Of a stretch of 64,000 nucleotides of DNA, positions 36,511-49,100 are shown piece by piece. The position numbers were made by a program, and so were the translations under genes. The notes below the pieces were generated by a model. It did not search any database. It was not told where the DNA came from and saw nothing but the letters and a program-made list of their open reading frames with translations. Source of the DNA: Podarcis vaucheri (taxonomy: Eukaryota); the NCBI GenBank assembly GCA_965113315.1, contig OZ220371.1; one strand, written 5' to 3'. Within the stretch, counting starts at the first letter, position 1, and every line of letters starts with the position of its first letter.

Positions 36511-39108
36511 ACTGACAAATGTGCACACAAGCCCTTGGAATGGAATGATGCTAAATAAATTTATGAAATTGTGCTTTTGCAAATAAACAATTTGGAGCCA
36601 TGGGACTGGAAAAGAGAACTTCGTGGGGTGGGGGGTGGGGGAAGAGATGCAAAAAAGGGAACAAAGAACAAAACACCCACAGACATTTGCTTGCTTTCCT
36701 CTTTAGTTTCCAGAGTTCACAGCAATACAAGAACTTACTTGGGATGTAGGATGTGGGAAGGGATGTAATTTAAAGCTATTATACTTAGTGAAACAGTGCT
36801 TAGTGAGAACTGCAGGATTTAAAAATACTACTGTTTTTGTTGATGCTGTTGTCGTCATCAACATTGGCTTTGTTCATGTAATTTATCTAACACACATCAA
36901 TACTTCTAAATGAAATGTTTGCATTTCTATGAAAATCTTTGCCCGGGCATTCAAAGATGAAAGCAGTGAGACTTACTGCAACTAAATAAAGTTTTTTCTC
37001 TCCCCCCCCTTTCCCCCTTATTGCATGGGGACAATCTATACAGGCTTCCATGCCACAGTAGTCAGTATTGTGCATGGGCATGAATAGCCACAGCTTGAAT
37101 TTGCAGGATGCCAAAGGCTGTGAAAAAATATACCTTTCCCAAAGGAATTTAAACAAGTGTGACTGAATGAAAAGCTCAAGAATTTGCCTTTCACAAAACT
37201 TCCTGTCCAGTGTCCAAAAGGTTTCCTGCCTGCTTTGCATTCAGACATATAAATCCAGTCTAGCTGAATTCAAGGTATATAAAATGCAGGCAGTTCTCCT
37301 GTTATGGGTAGGATCTCTTGGCGGATATAAACTGTCACAATCAATCAAAGTCTACTGAAAAGGCTGCATTCCAGGTGGCATGCATAAGTTTGGTTGGAAT
37401 CCCAATCTTTCTAGTACTAGGACTTTATACGTGAGAATCGCTTCTTGCATTAAAAGCAATTGTGCATGGTATGAACAATGCAACTGCTTGAAAAGTATAG
37501 GATTCTGCAGATGAAGTAAATGCAAATGTGAAGGGCCAGATCTATAGCAACTGTCTATAAATTTCCTTCCATGTAATGAATGGTAACATGGTGACTAAAT
37601 TGATTGTTTGAAGCATGCACTAAATGATTTAGAGATCATCGTTGTCTTATGATATTCTGTTTCATGTTTATTTTCTAGGGGAAAGAAAAAAAACTTGGAC
37701 AAAGGCCAAGGGATAATTCAGCAAGTTTCTTAACTAATGAGCACAATGGCATTGGTCAAGGACGTTCAAATTTCATTGATTTTGGTGAGAGAAAATAAGC
37801 ATGTACTTATTTGCTTTACCTAAGCAGAAATCTAGCATGTGAAGGAAATGACTAGACTATAACCCTTGACTCTAATATGCTATCTATGATCACATCATGG
37901 CAATCCACTGTATAAAAGTTGACCTAAGCCAAAAGTCCTTTTGCACATGTTTGGCATGTGTGTGGTTTCAACACATGGCAGAGGAGTTTGCTGCCCTTGC
38001 CCTGACTTCTGTAGCCCTATTCAGGCATTCATAACAGCGCTTAAATGAACCCACAAGGACAGAGAAGATGTGTGAATGTGCTAGCTCAGACCCTTACACA
38101 ACTTAAAGGATGATGGTCTGCAGTGGGGAAGCCTCATGTAGTTGTGGAGGTACTTGCACATTTTGGAACCCTGATTTTTCATGCAAAATATGTGCATGGC
38201 CCTGCCTACCCCACAATCCAATATCATTGCTGTTTTCTAAAGCCATTTCACCATATTTGACTAAAGGATTAAAAACAGCCCTGCTGGGTGTCTATGGGAG
38301 GCCCCAAGAAGCAGAACATGAAGACAACACCACTCTTTTTCATTTGCAGATCTCCAAAAAAACCCTCACTCCCGTTTCTCTCTCTTTTTGCTATTTGCAC
38401 ATGCTAAAAGACTTGTATGTGGGAACTACTGTTAATTTGTTGGTGACACACAAATACTGCACATAGTCATTCCTTTTCTGAGCATTCTGGTTTTTTTTAA
38501 AAAAGCTAAAATGCTTGGGCAATTTTTCAGTTTATTTACTTACTTATTTAGTTGCAGCATTTATGTTGGAAGTCCAATAACATCATTCTCTGAGTGACTC
38601 ACAAAGATAACAGAGACATGGACTGAGGACAAATGCAATCCAAAAGACAGAATGTTGGACCTGGAGATGAATTGAATGCTTGCCCAGCCAGGAAATCACA
38701 AAGCAGCATTGGGCATGTCACTCTTTGACCTTGCCATTAAGAATTTCCACTTTGTGGGTTTGTTTAGTTTAGAACAGGGATGGGAAGACTGTGACCCTCC
38801 AAATGCTATGGGCCTCAGACAGCATGCTCAGTGTCTAACAATATCTGTGGTGTGTGGCAGGGCAGGGGAGACAAATTCCCTACCCTTAGGATAGAATATC
38901 CGTTTATTCTTTTTGTGAGAATGAGACTGATACAGACGGAAACTTTTAAGCTTTTAAATCTAATCAATCAATCAATTAAGGAATTTTCACACCAAGCACA
39001 CTTCCAAGCAATAAAATACGATATACTTGCATATTATCAGGCCCCATTGGGAACTTAAAATTTTCCACTGATTCTCCTTCAATGAACTGATTCTATTTGA
39101 GCAGTGCT

Positions 39109-39296
39109 GTTGTTGTTGTTGTTTAGTTGTTTAGTCGTGTCCGACTCTTTGTGACCGCATGGACCAGAGTATGCCAGGCACTCCTGTCTTCCACTGCCTC
39201 CCGCAGCTTGGTCAAGCTCATGTTTGTAGCTTCGAGAACACTGTTCAACCATCTTGTCCTCTGCTGTCCCCTTCTCCTTGTGCCCTCAAACTTCCC
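39109..39296 (-). mobile_element. Short RTE-BovB 3' fragment
   Basis: GTRRRGQQRTRWLNSVLEATNMSL..KSRTRLNN; (CAA)n tail; 7-bp TSD CAGTGCT at 39102-39108 and 39297-39303. Confidence 0.9.
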
Positions 39297-39552
39297 CAGT
39301 GCTAGCTGAGTCTTTTTAGCTTGGATGGTCTTAGCGCTGAGCTGAAACATTTTTACCTCCAGCAGCTACAAACAGCTCCCCATATCCCACAAATTTTGCA
39401 TCCAGTCGGGGGGGGGGGGAGGGGAACATGCTCCCTTTACAAGATGCACCTTTATGTTGGGATGCACACTGCAGAGGAATGGCAACCTGATTTAGGAATG
39501 TATTTGGATTGACATCTGGATACACATCCAAATGCAGGTGCCATTGTAGACA

Positions 39553-39729
39553 CAGGAAGGCAAGAAGCTGCCTTATACCAGATGAATCCGTTGGTCTACT
39601 GAGCTCGGTGTTGTCTACACTGATTGACAGTAACTCTCTAGTGTTTCCAGTCCTACTGGCAACGGCTGGAGATTGAAATTGCGACCATCTGCATACAAAA
39701 CAAATGCTGTACCACTGAGCTCTTCCCCT
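39553..39729 (-). mobile_element. Old tRNA-derived SINE
   Basis: Minus strand GGGGAAGAGCTCAGTGGTACAGCA head through TATAAGGCAGCTTC tail. Confidence 0.65.
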
Positions 39730-39874
39730 GCATTGAACTATCATCATATCACATATTTGGATGTGCATCCACAGAGAACGTTGGCCCCAGGGCCGTCTTT
39801 AGCATATGAGCCACCAGGGTGCAAAGATCCACCCAGCGCCCCCCAAATTTAGTTTAGCTGCCCCCCGATGAGAG

Positions 39875-40026
39875 TAGGATTGCCATACACCTGGAATTTC
39901 CCAGACATAGGCTGTATCCGGTTCTCGAATGGCAGCCCATGTCAGTAGTGTAGAAATCTTGATTTTCTTTTGATTGTTTCACAAAAAAGCTCAACACTTT
40001 TCACTTTTTGAAATATGGCAACCCTA
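39875..40026. mobile_element. hAT (Blackjack-like) MITE remnant
   Basis: TIRs TAGGATTGCCATA / TATGGCAACCCTA. Confidence 0.5.
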
Positions 40027-40912
40027 GACAGGAGTCCAGTAGCATCTGAAGGACCACAAGTTTCCCATCCTTGACCTATATTATTGCAAGCACCAGAAAC
40101 AATGGCTGCACATGGGTATGCAAAGATGTGCAAAAGAGTGAAAGGTGAAAGTGGGCTTGTGAGTATTTTTGTAGCCCCTGAAATGATTACCTTTAGAGAA
40201 AATCAAATGTCACATACCGGTAAATGTAGAACCCAGATTTTACTCTCAGTAGCCAATTGCTATATTCATAGTTCCCTGCCATTATCTTCTGGCACCTTTT
40301 GAAATTACGAAAGCTACTGGCATCCTTTCTTATTATGAGGAAAGGTTTACATCCACTTTTCCCCTCTACTGCGAGAAAAAGAAAGAATGAACTGAAATTA
40401 TAATGTACTCTCATGCAATTTGGCTCTTAAAACTGTTCACTTTATCCTATGGGGGCATCATGCTAAGTACTTTCAAAAATCGAACGGGATATGCTATAGC
40501 TCAGAGCCCAACATTTAATGATTATTCATTCAACCAAAGAAACACTTTCCTAAAAATCCTGTCTGAGGTAGTTTGTAACCAAGACTCTGGTCATCTGGAA
40601 AATCGCTAATGGAGAAATGGACAGGTATAGGGAGAATCTGTTTTCTTACCCTTCCTTGCATTACTTAATTTCAAGGGATTTTATTCCACAGCCTTTTCTT
40701 TCCAGCTTGTTAATGCTTTGCATTTTGGAATGTGATCCTGATGGTTATTAATGCTCTATATCTCCCCCCCCCAGTTATGCATTAAGCATCTGGAATCCAT
40801 ATGGAACCTTTACTTATTTAATTTAGTGGAGGCATCTTCAGATAAGAACAGGGAAGGGAACTGGGCTGACTGCAGGACCAGGAAGAGTCAATTGGCAGTC
40901 CTGGAAAAAGGA

Positions 40913-41936
40913 CAAGGGTGCTCATCAATGGTTCCTCTTCATCCTGGAGAAGAGTGACTAGTGGGGTGCCACAGGGTTCTGTCTTGGGCCCGGTCTTATT
41001 CAACATCTTTATCAACGACTTGGATGATGGACTCAAGGGCATCCTGATCAAATTTGCAGATGACACCAAACTGGGAGGGGTGGCTAACACCCCAGAGGAC
41101 AGGATCACACTTCAAAACGACCTTGACAGATTAGAGAACTGGGCAAAAACAAACAAGATGAATTTTAACAGGGAGAAATGTAAAGTATTGCACTTGGGCA
41201 AAAAAAATGAGAGGCACAAATACAAGATGGGTGACACCTGGCTTGAGAGCAGTACATGTGAAAAGGATCTAGGAGTCTTGGTTGACCACAAACTTGACAT
41301 GAGCCAACAGTGTGACGCGGCAGCTTAAAAAGCCAATGCAATTCTGGGCTGCATCAATAGGAGTATAGCATCTAGATCAAGGGAAGTAATCGTGCCACTG
41401 TATTCTGCTCTGGTCAGACCACACCTGGAGTACTGTGTCCAGTTCTGGGCACCACAATTCAAGAAGGACACTGACAAACTGGAACGTGTCCAGAGGAGGG
41501 CAACCAAAATGGTCAAAGGCCTGGAAACGATGCCTTATGAGGAACGGCTAAGGGAGCTGGGCATGTTTAGCCTGGAGAAGAGGAGGTTAAGGGGTGATAT
41601 GATAGCCATGTTCAAATATATCAAAGGATGTCACATAGAGGAGGGAGAAAGGTTGTTTTCTGCTGCTCTGGAGAAGCGGACACGGAGCAATGGATCCAAA
41701 CTACAAGAAAGAAGATTCCACCTAAACATTAGGAAGAACCTCCTGACAGTAAGAGCTGTTTGACAGTGGAATTTGCTGCCAAGGAGTGTGGTGGAGTCTC
41801 CTTCTTTGGAAGTCTTTAAGCAGAGGCTTGACAACCATATGTCAGGAGTGCTCTGATGGTGTTTCCTGCTTGGCAGGGGGTTGGACTCGATGGCCCTTGT
41901 GGTCTCTTCCAACTCTATGATTCTATGATTCTATGA
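40913..41936 (+). mobile_element. 5'-truncated CR1 LINE
   Basis: RT motifs [39 protein letters not shown]; (ATTCTATG)n tail. One reading frame with nonsense codons at 41326 and 41761. Confidence 0.95.
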
Positions 41937-42440
41937 CTCATCTTACTTGTCCTCAGGGACCTAAGAATCTAGCCTCCTCAGCCACCTAGGTTTTCAAGCA
42001 TTATTCTTGGCCTAGGCCCTCAGTTTTAGAATGGTGGGGGACTTAAAGTTGCCCTTCATCCATCCTTGGAGTCTGAAGTCTATCTGCTATTACAAGAGAA
42101 CACAAAGCTTGGGGGCAGGATATTATAAGCTTTCAAAAAAACAACAACACCTCAATAAAGATACCACTCCTCCACAAAAAGGTCAATGACACAAGGAAAT
42201 AACAGGGGTATCCTGGAAGATTATAGACAGTGGCTATGAGAGTTGAATTCATTTAAAGTAGGCTAGGTGTTCCCTTACCACCTCTTTTCCTATCTTGGGC
42301 TGCAGTTCCCTCCTTGCATCAGTTATTCTGTTATCATCAGGTTGTACACTGCCTTCCTTTTGGGTGAAGACAGAGGCAAAGTCGAGTAGTTCCACCTTCT
42401 CTCTTCTCATCCAATAGCATTTCTCTATCTTCTCAATATT

Positions 42441-42550
42441 AGGCTGAGAGACTATGAATGGCCCAAGGTCATTCAGAGAGCATCAAGCTGGAGTAGGAAT
42501 TTGAACCCTGGCTTCCTAGTTCCTAATCTATCAGCTTCACCACTACACTG
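42441..42550 (-). mobile_element. tRNA-derived SINE 5' half
   Basis: Minus-strand B-box GGTTCAAATTCC and GACCTTGGGCCA core, like 9940-10030. Confidence 0.55.
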
Positions 42551-44755
42551 GATCTTTAATAACACATACACAGAATAATTGTATTTTCAGAAGTATATCA
42601 TGGACATGTTTGTACAGCAGAAGGAGGGCATTTTAGTCAATATGGTACATTTTTGTTTTCTTGCAACTTCCAAAGTCAATTTTACATACAAGTTACCCAT
42701 TCAGATCACTGTTTAAGTACCTTTTTCAGTGAGAGTGAGTAAGAGAAGAGCTACACTCTCAGACTGTTATGGCTTCTTCCTTTCATGAATTTAAATGAAT
42801 TTCAGATTCCAGCTCAGTATCAAGCAAGTGTATGAGTATGTTCCACATCTTCCTGAAAATGGCAAAATAAATTTGCTGTTGAAACTGATGAGAGAAAAAA
42901 AGGGCCTGACAGACTGAATCTGGGCATCCTTTCCTGGCTTTCCCCTTGCCAAATCATGATCACTGAAAAAGCAATTCCTTCCCTCCTTGAATAAATGCCA
43001 TAGAGCTGTTCCAACAAGAACAGCCACATAGACCACAGAGGAGGAGGAGGAGCGCTTATGTTCAATAGCTTAGAACTTGTGTGCCTTAGAAAACAATGCA
43101 TGCTGAAGAAAATTAGCTGATAGAACAAATAATAACACTTCATGGAACTGGGGACATGGATAGTCATCATGTGATAATTATAATATCCATTGATGGCTGG
43201 CATGTGTGAATGTGCAATTACAAATAAAACAGCACTGACAGAATATTCACATCATCTCAGTTGTTTCCAGTGGGTCAGTTCATATATTTAGCTTCCAGTT
43301 CTCTATTTACAGTGATCAAATGTAGACAGTTCAAGTGATGTACATGCATGTGTGTAATACTCCTAGTCTACATCTATTTGTGAGGAGCTTTCTACATTCT
43401 GCAAAAGAGGGTGGAAGAAAGAGTGAAAGTGAAATGATATGTATTTACTCTTGGAGGTGTACAGATCAACTCCGTAGGGAGGTGGTGCCCTGCCTGTATT
43501 TGGAGCATGTGCTATTGGCCTTAGAATGCAATCTTAACTCCATTTACCTTGCAGTAAGCCCCAACGAATTCATTGGGACTTCCAAGGAGACATGGTGACA
43601 CTTGCAATGGAAGTTACATTTTAACTTACTTTTAAACTTTTGATAGTGTGTATTGGCTTTCTCTCCTGAATCATCAGGAGTAGTTCTATCAGAAACTCAC
43701 TGTGAGTGTGAATAAGAGGTTTGGATAATAATAAATCACAGAATGGATGGTACAGCTTTCTAGTTGGGGGTTGGACAATAGGACCTTCTGTTTCCTTTCA
43801 GCACTATCATTCTATAACTCTCTAACACCATCAATATGTTGTTACATCCTTAAGTATTTATGTTTTCAGAACAGGGGAAAAACATATTATGCTTTCAGAG
43901 TTGCAGGTTTGCTGTCTGTGTAGCAGTAGACATCCCTTGAGAATCTACCCATTGTGAATATTTGCCAGTGTGAATTCAACAAGGGGTGATGAAACTCTCA
44001 ATTCACATGCTTGAGTAGCTGACTAATAAAGAAAACGGAGGAAATTACACAACTTGTGTTCTCACGCAAAAGGAGGGCATCAGAAGTACTTCAGTCTTGA
44101 AAACAATACGGTGGTTGTTCCCACTATACCAAGGAGAGAGGAAGAAGCAATGTGTTTAAGCTTCAGGAAAGTGTACGTAGCTGAAGCAGGAGAAAATGAC
44201 TTCCTAACCATATGAACAGTTCAGTAACAAAACAGTCTGTCTAGGCAGGTTGTGAAATCTCCATTCTGTGAGGTTTTCAGGGCATGTACTAAATAGATAT
44301 GGATTGTGGATAATTTGGATTTATGATATCGTGATTTGGGGCAGAGTGGCAGAAGGAAGAGATGGATCAATTTACCTATGGAAGCTCTTTATAATTTGGA
44401 ATAATTCCTTAGGCTACAGCCTGGAATTCTGGCAACTGGATTCTTGGATAAATGAGTATGGGCTTCTAGACAGTCATTCATCTGATACAGTTCTCTTCAG
44501 AATACAGATTGGTCTCAGAATAAAAAAATACAAACATATTTTATAGTTTTACTGTTGTGGCTTTGGAAATAATTTTATACTGATTTTATACCAATCTCAT
44601 ACATTTGGGGGTTCTATTTGGGGAAATTGGGTTGGGTTGGGTTTCCTTGCTGTACTGCTGTTTGCCACCTTGGGTGGACATGGTGCAGAAAGACAACTTA
44701 TAAATACTGGTTATAGGTAGGTAGCCATGTTGGTCTTCTGTAGTCGAAACAAAAT

Positions 44756-44897
44756 AAAAAAATTCCTTCCAGTAGCACCTTAGAGAATACACTTCAGATA
44801 CACTTCTTCAGGTATCTGAAGAAGTGTGCATGCACATGAAAGCTAATACCAATAACAAACTTAGTTGGTCTCTAAGGTGCTACTGGAAGGAATTTTT
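44756..44897 (+). mobile_element. Penelope-like element terminal fragment with inverted duplication
   Basis: About 29-bp inverted repeat AAAAATTCCTTCCAGTAGCACCTTAGAGA / TCTCTAAGGTGCTACTGGAAGGAATTTTT flanking a hammerhead-like core. Confidence 0.75.
44811..44850 (+). ncRNA. Minimal type I hammerhead ribozyme motif (Penelope-associated, possibly degenerate)
   Basis: Stem I GGUAU/AUACC, core CUGAAGA (44816-44822), stem II GUGUG-CAUG-CACAU, GAAA (44838-44841), palindromic AGCU, cleavage triplet CUA. Confidence 0.7.
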
Positions 44898-44923
44898 AAA
44901 TTATAAATACTGAAAATAAATAC

Positions 44924-45192
44924 CCGTATATTTCGCTCTATAAGACACACCAGACCACAAGACGCACCTAGTTTTTGGAGGAGGAAAACAAGAAAAAAAA
45001 AATCTGAATCTCAGAAGCCAGAACAGCAAGAGGGATCGCTGCACAGTGAAAGCAGCGATCTCTCTTGCTGTTCTGGCTTCTGGGATAGCTGTGCAGCCTG
45101 CATTTGCTCCATAAGACGCACACACATTTCCCCTTACTTTTTAGGAGGGAAAAAGTGAGTCTTATAGAGCAAAAAAAAATAAAATAAAAAGG
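44924..45192. mobile_element. Tc1/mariner-superfamily (Tc2/pogo-like) MITE
   Basis: TIR CCGTATATTTCGCTCTATAAGAC / GTCTTATAGAGC(A-tract)GG flanked by TA; subterminal AAGACGCAC repeats; internal 31-bp hairpin at 45012-45082. Confidence 0.75.
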
Positions 45193-45800
45193 TAAATGAA
45201 AATAACAGAGGATCAGATTTTGCCTAGCCTTTTCCCTGTCATGCTTGCATTCTGTATTCAAGAATATTTTACTGATGAAGGGAAACACTCCAACATGTGA
45301 TCCCCGACACAGAACTGGATTCAGAAGGGGCCTAGTCCCAGGAGGGTCCCCCCCCCCTTGCGATGCTGGAGATAAGTTATAGGAAACAAAATATGAAAGC
45401 TAACGCTGTTTTAGCTGGGGAGATCTCATCATGGTGCTCTTTAGTAAGCCAAGAGAAAAATAGAAATGTGCAAACGCCAGCATTTTACAAAGCTATTCTA
45501 TCCTTCCTCTTCTTTTTCATGAATGGTGACACTGAAGCTCGTACCAATACTGTGTTGACGTGTTCAATTTGTCAGGTGTCGAGGCTGCCTTGATGGAAAT
45601 GGTGGAAGACAAGCTGAGCTACCTCAGGCATAGAAAACAGCCCCTCTCTAATTTTATTGGCTTTGAGGAGAGGAGTTTCTGGGTAAGTGATCTTTTTGTC
45701 AAACGTGTGCAATACAAGAAACAAGCATCTAAGACAGCTGAAGGACACAGGAGATGTTGCTGCCCACAAAGGTAGGAAAGGAAGGGAGATAATTAAGAAA

Positions 45801-45938
45801 AAGAAGAAGAGTTTGGATTTGATATCCCGCTTTATCACTACCCGAAGGCGTCTCAAAGCAGCTAACATTCTCCTTTCCCTTCCTCCCCCACAACAAACAC
45901 TCTGTGAGGTGAGTGGGGCTGAGAGACTTCAGAGAAGT
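45801..45938 (-). mobile_element. Squam3-like SINE, 3' portion
   Basis: (CTT)n tail, L2-like 3' stem-loop, CTCAGCCCCACTCACCTCACAG core. Confidence 0.7.
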
Positions 45939-45993
45939 TCTTATCCACTAAATCAAATGCCACTAGTGTTTTTTAAAACAGCAAGAAGCAAAA

Positions 45994-46186
45994 GGGGGAA
46001 AGACCACAGCTCAGGTAGAGCACCTGCCCTGCAGGTACAAGGTCCCAGGTTCAGTCCCCAGCATCTCCAGATAGGACTAGGAAAAGCACCTGCAGGAAAC
46101 CTTGGAATATTACTTCCTGTCACAGTAGACAGTATTGGGCTAGATGGACCAATGGCCTTCACTTGTCTTAAGGAAGCTTCCTATGC
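45994..46186 (+). mobile_element. Old tRNA-derived SINE
   Basis: AGCTCAGGTAGAGCA A-box, GGTTCAGTCCC B-box, AAGGAAGCTTCCTATG tail. Confidence 0.65.
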
Positions 46187-49100
46187 TTTGAAAACCCATC
46201 AAAGATCACAGAAACCTGCAAATAAAATGGGAAAGTGGTAAAGGGTGGCTCCAAAGGTTAAAATTACAGTAGTAGTATAGCCGAACAATCCTGACAGATG
46301 GATGTTTCTTAGTTCTCACTTTGCTTTGGAAAGTGGAATTTAGGGAGGTTTACCTTTAAGTGCAAACCAAATCAAATTCTTCTCAATGTCTAATCATAAG
46401 GCAACAATTAAAAGGTGTAGTCTTTAAAGTTTTGAGGATGCCCGGGTTCAGCAATGACACCTTTAGGTAACAATCCTATGGAAAACTGCCCTGGGAGTGC
46501 GTCCCATTGAACTCATTAGGGGATCCTCATGAGCAGACATGTTCAGGACTATACTGTTAATGTAACTGAATATACTGATATAAAGTTTTAGAAAGCTATC
46601 CTTCTGAAATCTTTAGCCTTCTTACCATCATTAGGAGCATATATTTCATTTTCTTCTCTTTCTTCTTTCCCAAAGAAATCAAAGAAACCCTTGGCTGAGA
46701 AACTTGAAGATATTAGGTAGATATTGCAAAGGGAATAGAAACTTTTAAGAGGCTGTTAATTTTATGATGGCAACATAGCCTGTTAAATCTGAGGTAATAC
46801 TTGACTCTTTGTTTTAGTCTTTTTTGTGTTTGTGAAATACTGTAATTTGAGGTAATTTTGTGACTGAGCATATTGTTGCCTTAAGGTAACAGAAGCTAGC
46901 TCTGCTTCCTTTATAGGGCTCGTGATTATGGACTTCCTGAGGAGAATTTTCTCTTATATGATAATAAATTTACCTTTGGATTTGTTCATTTTCTAATGAA
47001 ATTTATTTATTTTTTATGGCCATAGGACCTGTGGCATTTGATGAGGTGAATTTCCTGTTATATGAAGATACATTTGATTTTGTATTTGTGCATTTGATAA
47101 TGAAAAAAGAGAAGAAAAGTCTACAGAACCTGCAATATTTTGTTTTACTGAGCCTCTAAGGAAATATCGAGTGGCTATCGAGAATGGCTTTCTGTCTCCA
47201 CACAATTTTTAGTCTGATGGTATAGAAATGCTATCACCAAAAGGATATTTTGATTGTCAAATCAGACCCTGCTCAGGGGGATATAGCGGCTTTGATTCTG
47301 GTGAATCTATGGCTGGTTCTTTTCTACCCCTGCCTTGCCACTGAAATGCTCTGATTTGGAGCCTTATGCAGGCTACCTTATGCAGGAAAGAAGTGGTAGC
47401 TTCCTAACCACTTGGACTTTGGGCAGGTACAGCAGGGGCATTTACAGCAGCAGAAGTCATCAGAGGTACATCTATGCTTAATCCTAACTCCCTGATCAGG
47501 GACTGCAGATCAGGGTTAGGATTTGGCTGAAGATATTTAGCACCTTACAACATCAACAATACTGAGTCTCTTGAACCATATCTATAAAGCCATTCAACAC
47601 CAGCAAAGGCACATTACATCATCAAGAGGGCTTGCTGTTGCAGCTTGCAAGAACTGCAATTTCTGAATGACTATCTTCTGAAAAACTTTATCTTCACTTT
47701 GTGTTTTCTTTGTGACAGGCAAGAACTTTGTGGTTTACTACCTCAGACCCTCTGATCAGCAGGGGAAGGTCCAAACAGTGGTCCAGCCTTGAAGTTACCA
47801 GTGCCTGAACTGGTAAAGAAACAAAGCAAAATACTTTGTGAAGGCACATTATACATGGTGAATGATGTGAATCTTTGGTTTTCCCCCTTAGTCATGTTGC
47901 TCTCTCCCCACACCCCTTTCCACAAGCAAGACATTTTCTTCCATCTGGGTATAATGTAGGAGAAGAAAGAACTGGACCTGCTCTAAACCCCTAATTGTAG
48001 CACAGAGACTAATGAACTGCAAAGGTTTTTTGTTCCTAGTAACACTTGTAATAGTTGCCATTCAACTGCATTTTTAAAATCCAAATAAGAAACAGAAAGT
48101 ATGCAACTTGACTATGGGTTTTGTGGTTTCCCTGTTGGAAATACTTTTTCACCCAGCATGAAATTATGCTATAAATTTAATTGCATAGGATGCAGCACAG
48201 ACCAATAACTAAATAACATTCCGTGTTTAACCATCAATATGTTTGTCAAGCATGCAAAGAAATAAATAAATGGAGGTTGCCAAATTTGTGTCAATAACCC
48301 CCACCCCCATTTCTCATGACCTACACATGGTCCCATCCTAGTTGCAGGCTGTCATAGGGCGCAACAATCTTCACTGGCTTCCCCTCTCCTGCAGCTTCAT
48401 GCCCCCTCCACTTCTGGCACCACCAAGAAAATGAAATCTGCACAGATGGGTCATTGCCTGCCTGCCTGCCTCCCTCCCTCTAATAAATAAAACAATAATA
48501 AATATAATTATTAGTTTATAACCCATTCTTCCTTCACACTGAAGCACAGATCAGCTTATAACACAATATACAATTTAAATACATATTTACAGAGAAAGAG
48601 AGAGTAATACATCCACTGTGAAAACAGAAACACTAAGCCCCAACTTCATCCAGCATCAATAATCAGCAGGTTCATTTCTTAAGGCCTGGAGAAACTGATA
48701 CATCAGCTAAAATGAAGGAATATCGAATGATATGAGGTCATCTTGAGATAACACTATATAGGTGTGTCTTTCCATTCCAGATGCTGGCTTTTTATGGGAA
48801 GAAGATTCAACAAGATTTCCAAGAGAGAGGATCTGTTTGCAAAGTTTTGAGGCTGGCAAAGTTGTACAAATCACTTCCATGGAGTAATTCTGATCCATGT
48901 TCATCAGGAAAATCAACAAGTGTGTCTTCCAGTTTCATATTATTATTTTTGTAAAAGAATATTTTCAAAAACTTTGTGTGACTTGGTGTCCAGCGTCTTG
49001 CCCATTCATTTAAATGGGTCTTCTATGAGTATTACTTAGTTAGAAACCATCCCTACAAATTTAATGACAACTTCAATAGCCATATCCAGACATTTCCAAC

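Noticed and set aside
40918-41763. Two separate genes
   Set aside because: Both ORFs are in the same frame of one CR1 RT, broken by AAA>TAA (41326) and CGA>TGA (41761) nonsense changes at conserved positions. This is decay, not programmed readthrough.
45994-46070. tRNA gene
   Set aside because: It is a degenerate tRNA-like head continuing into a SINE body with several dispersed copies; no intact cloverleaf.
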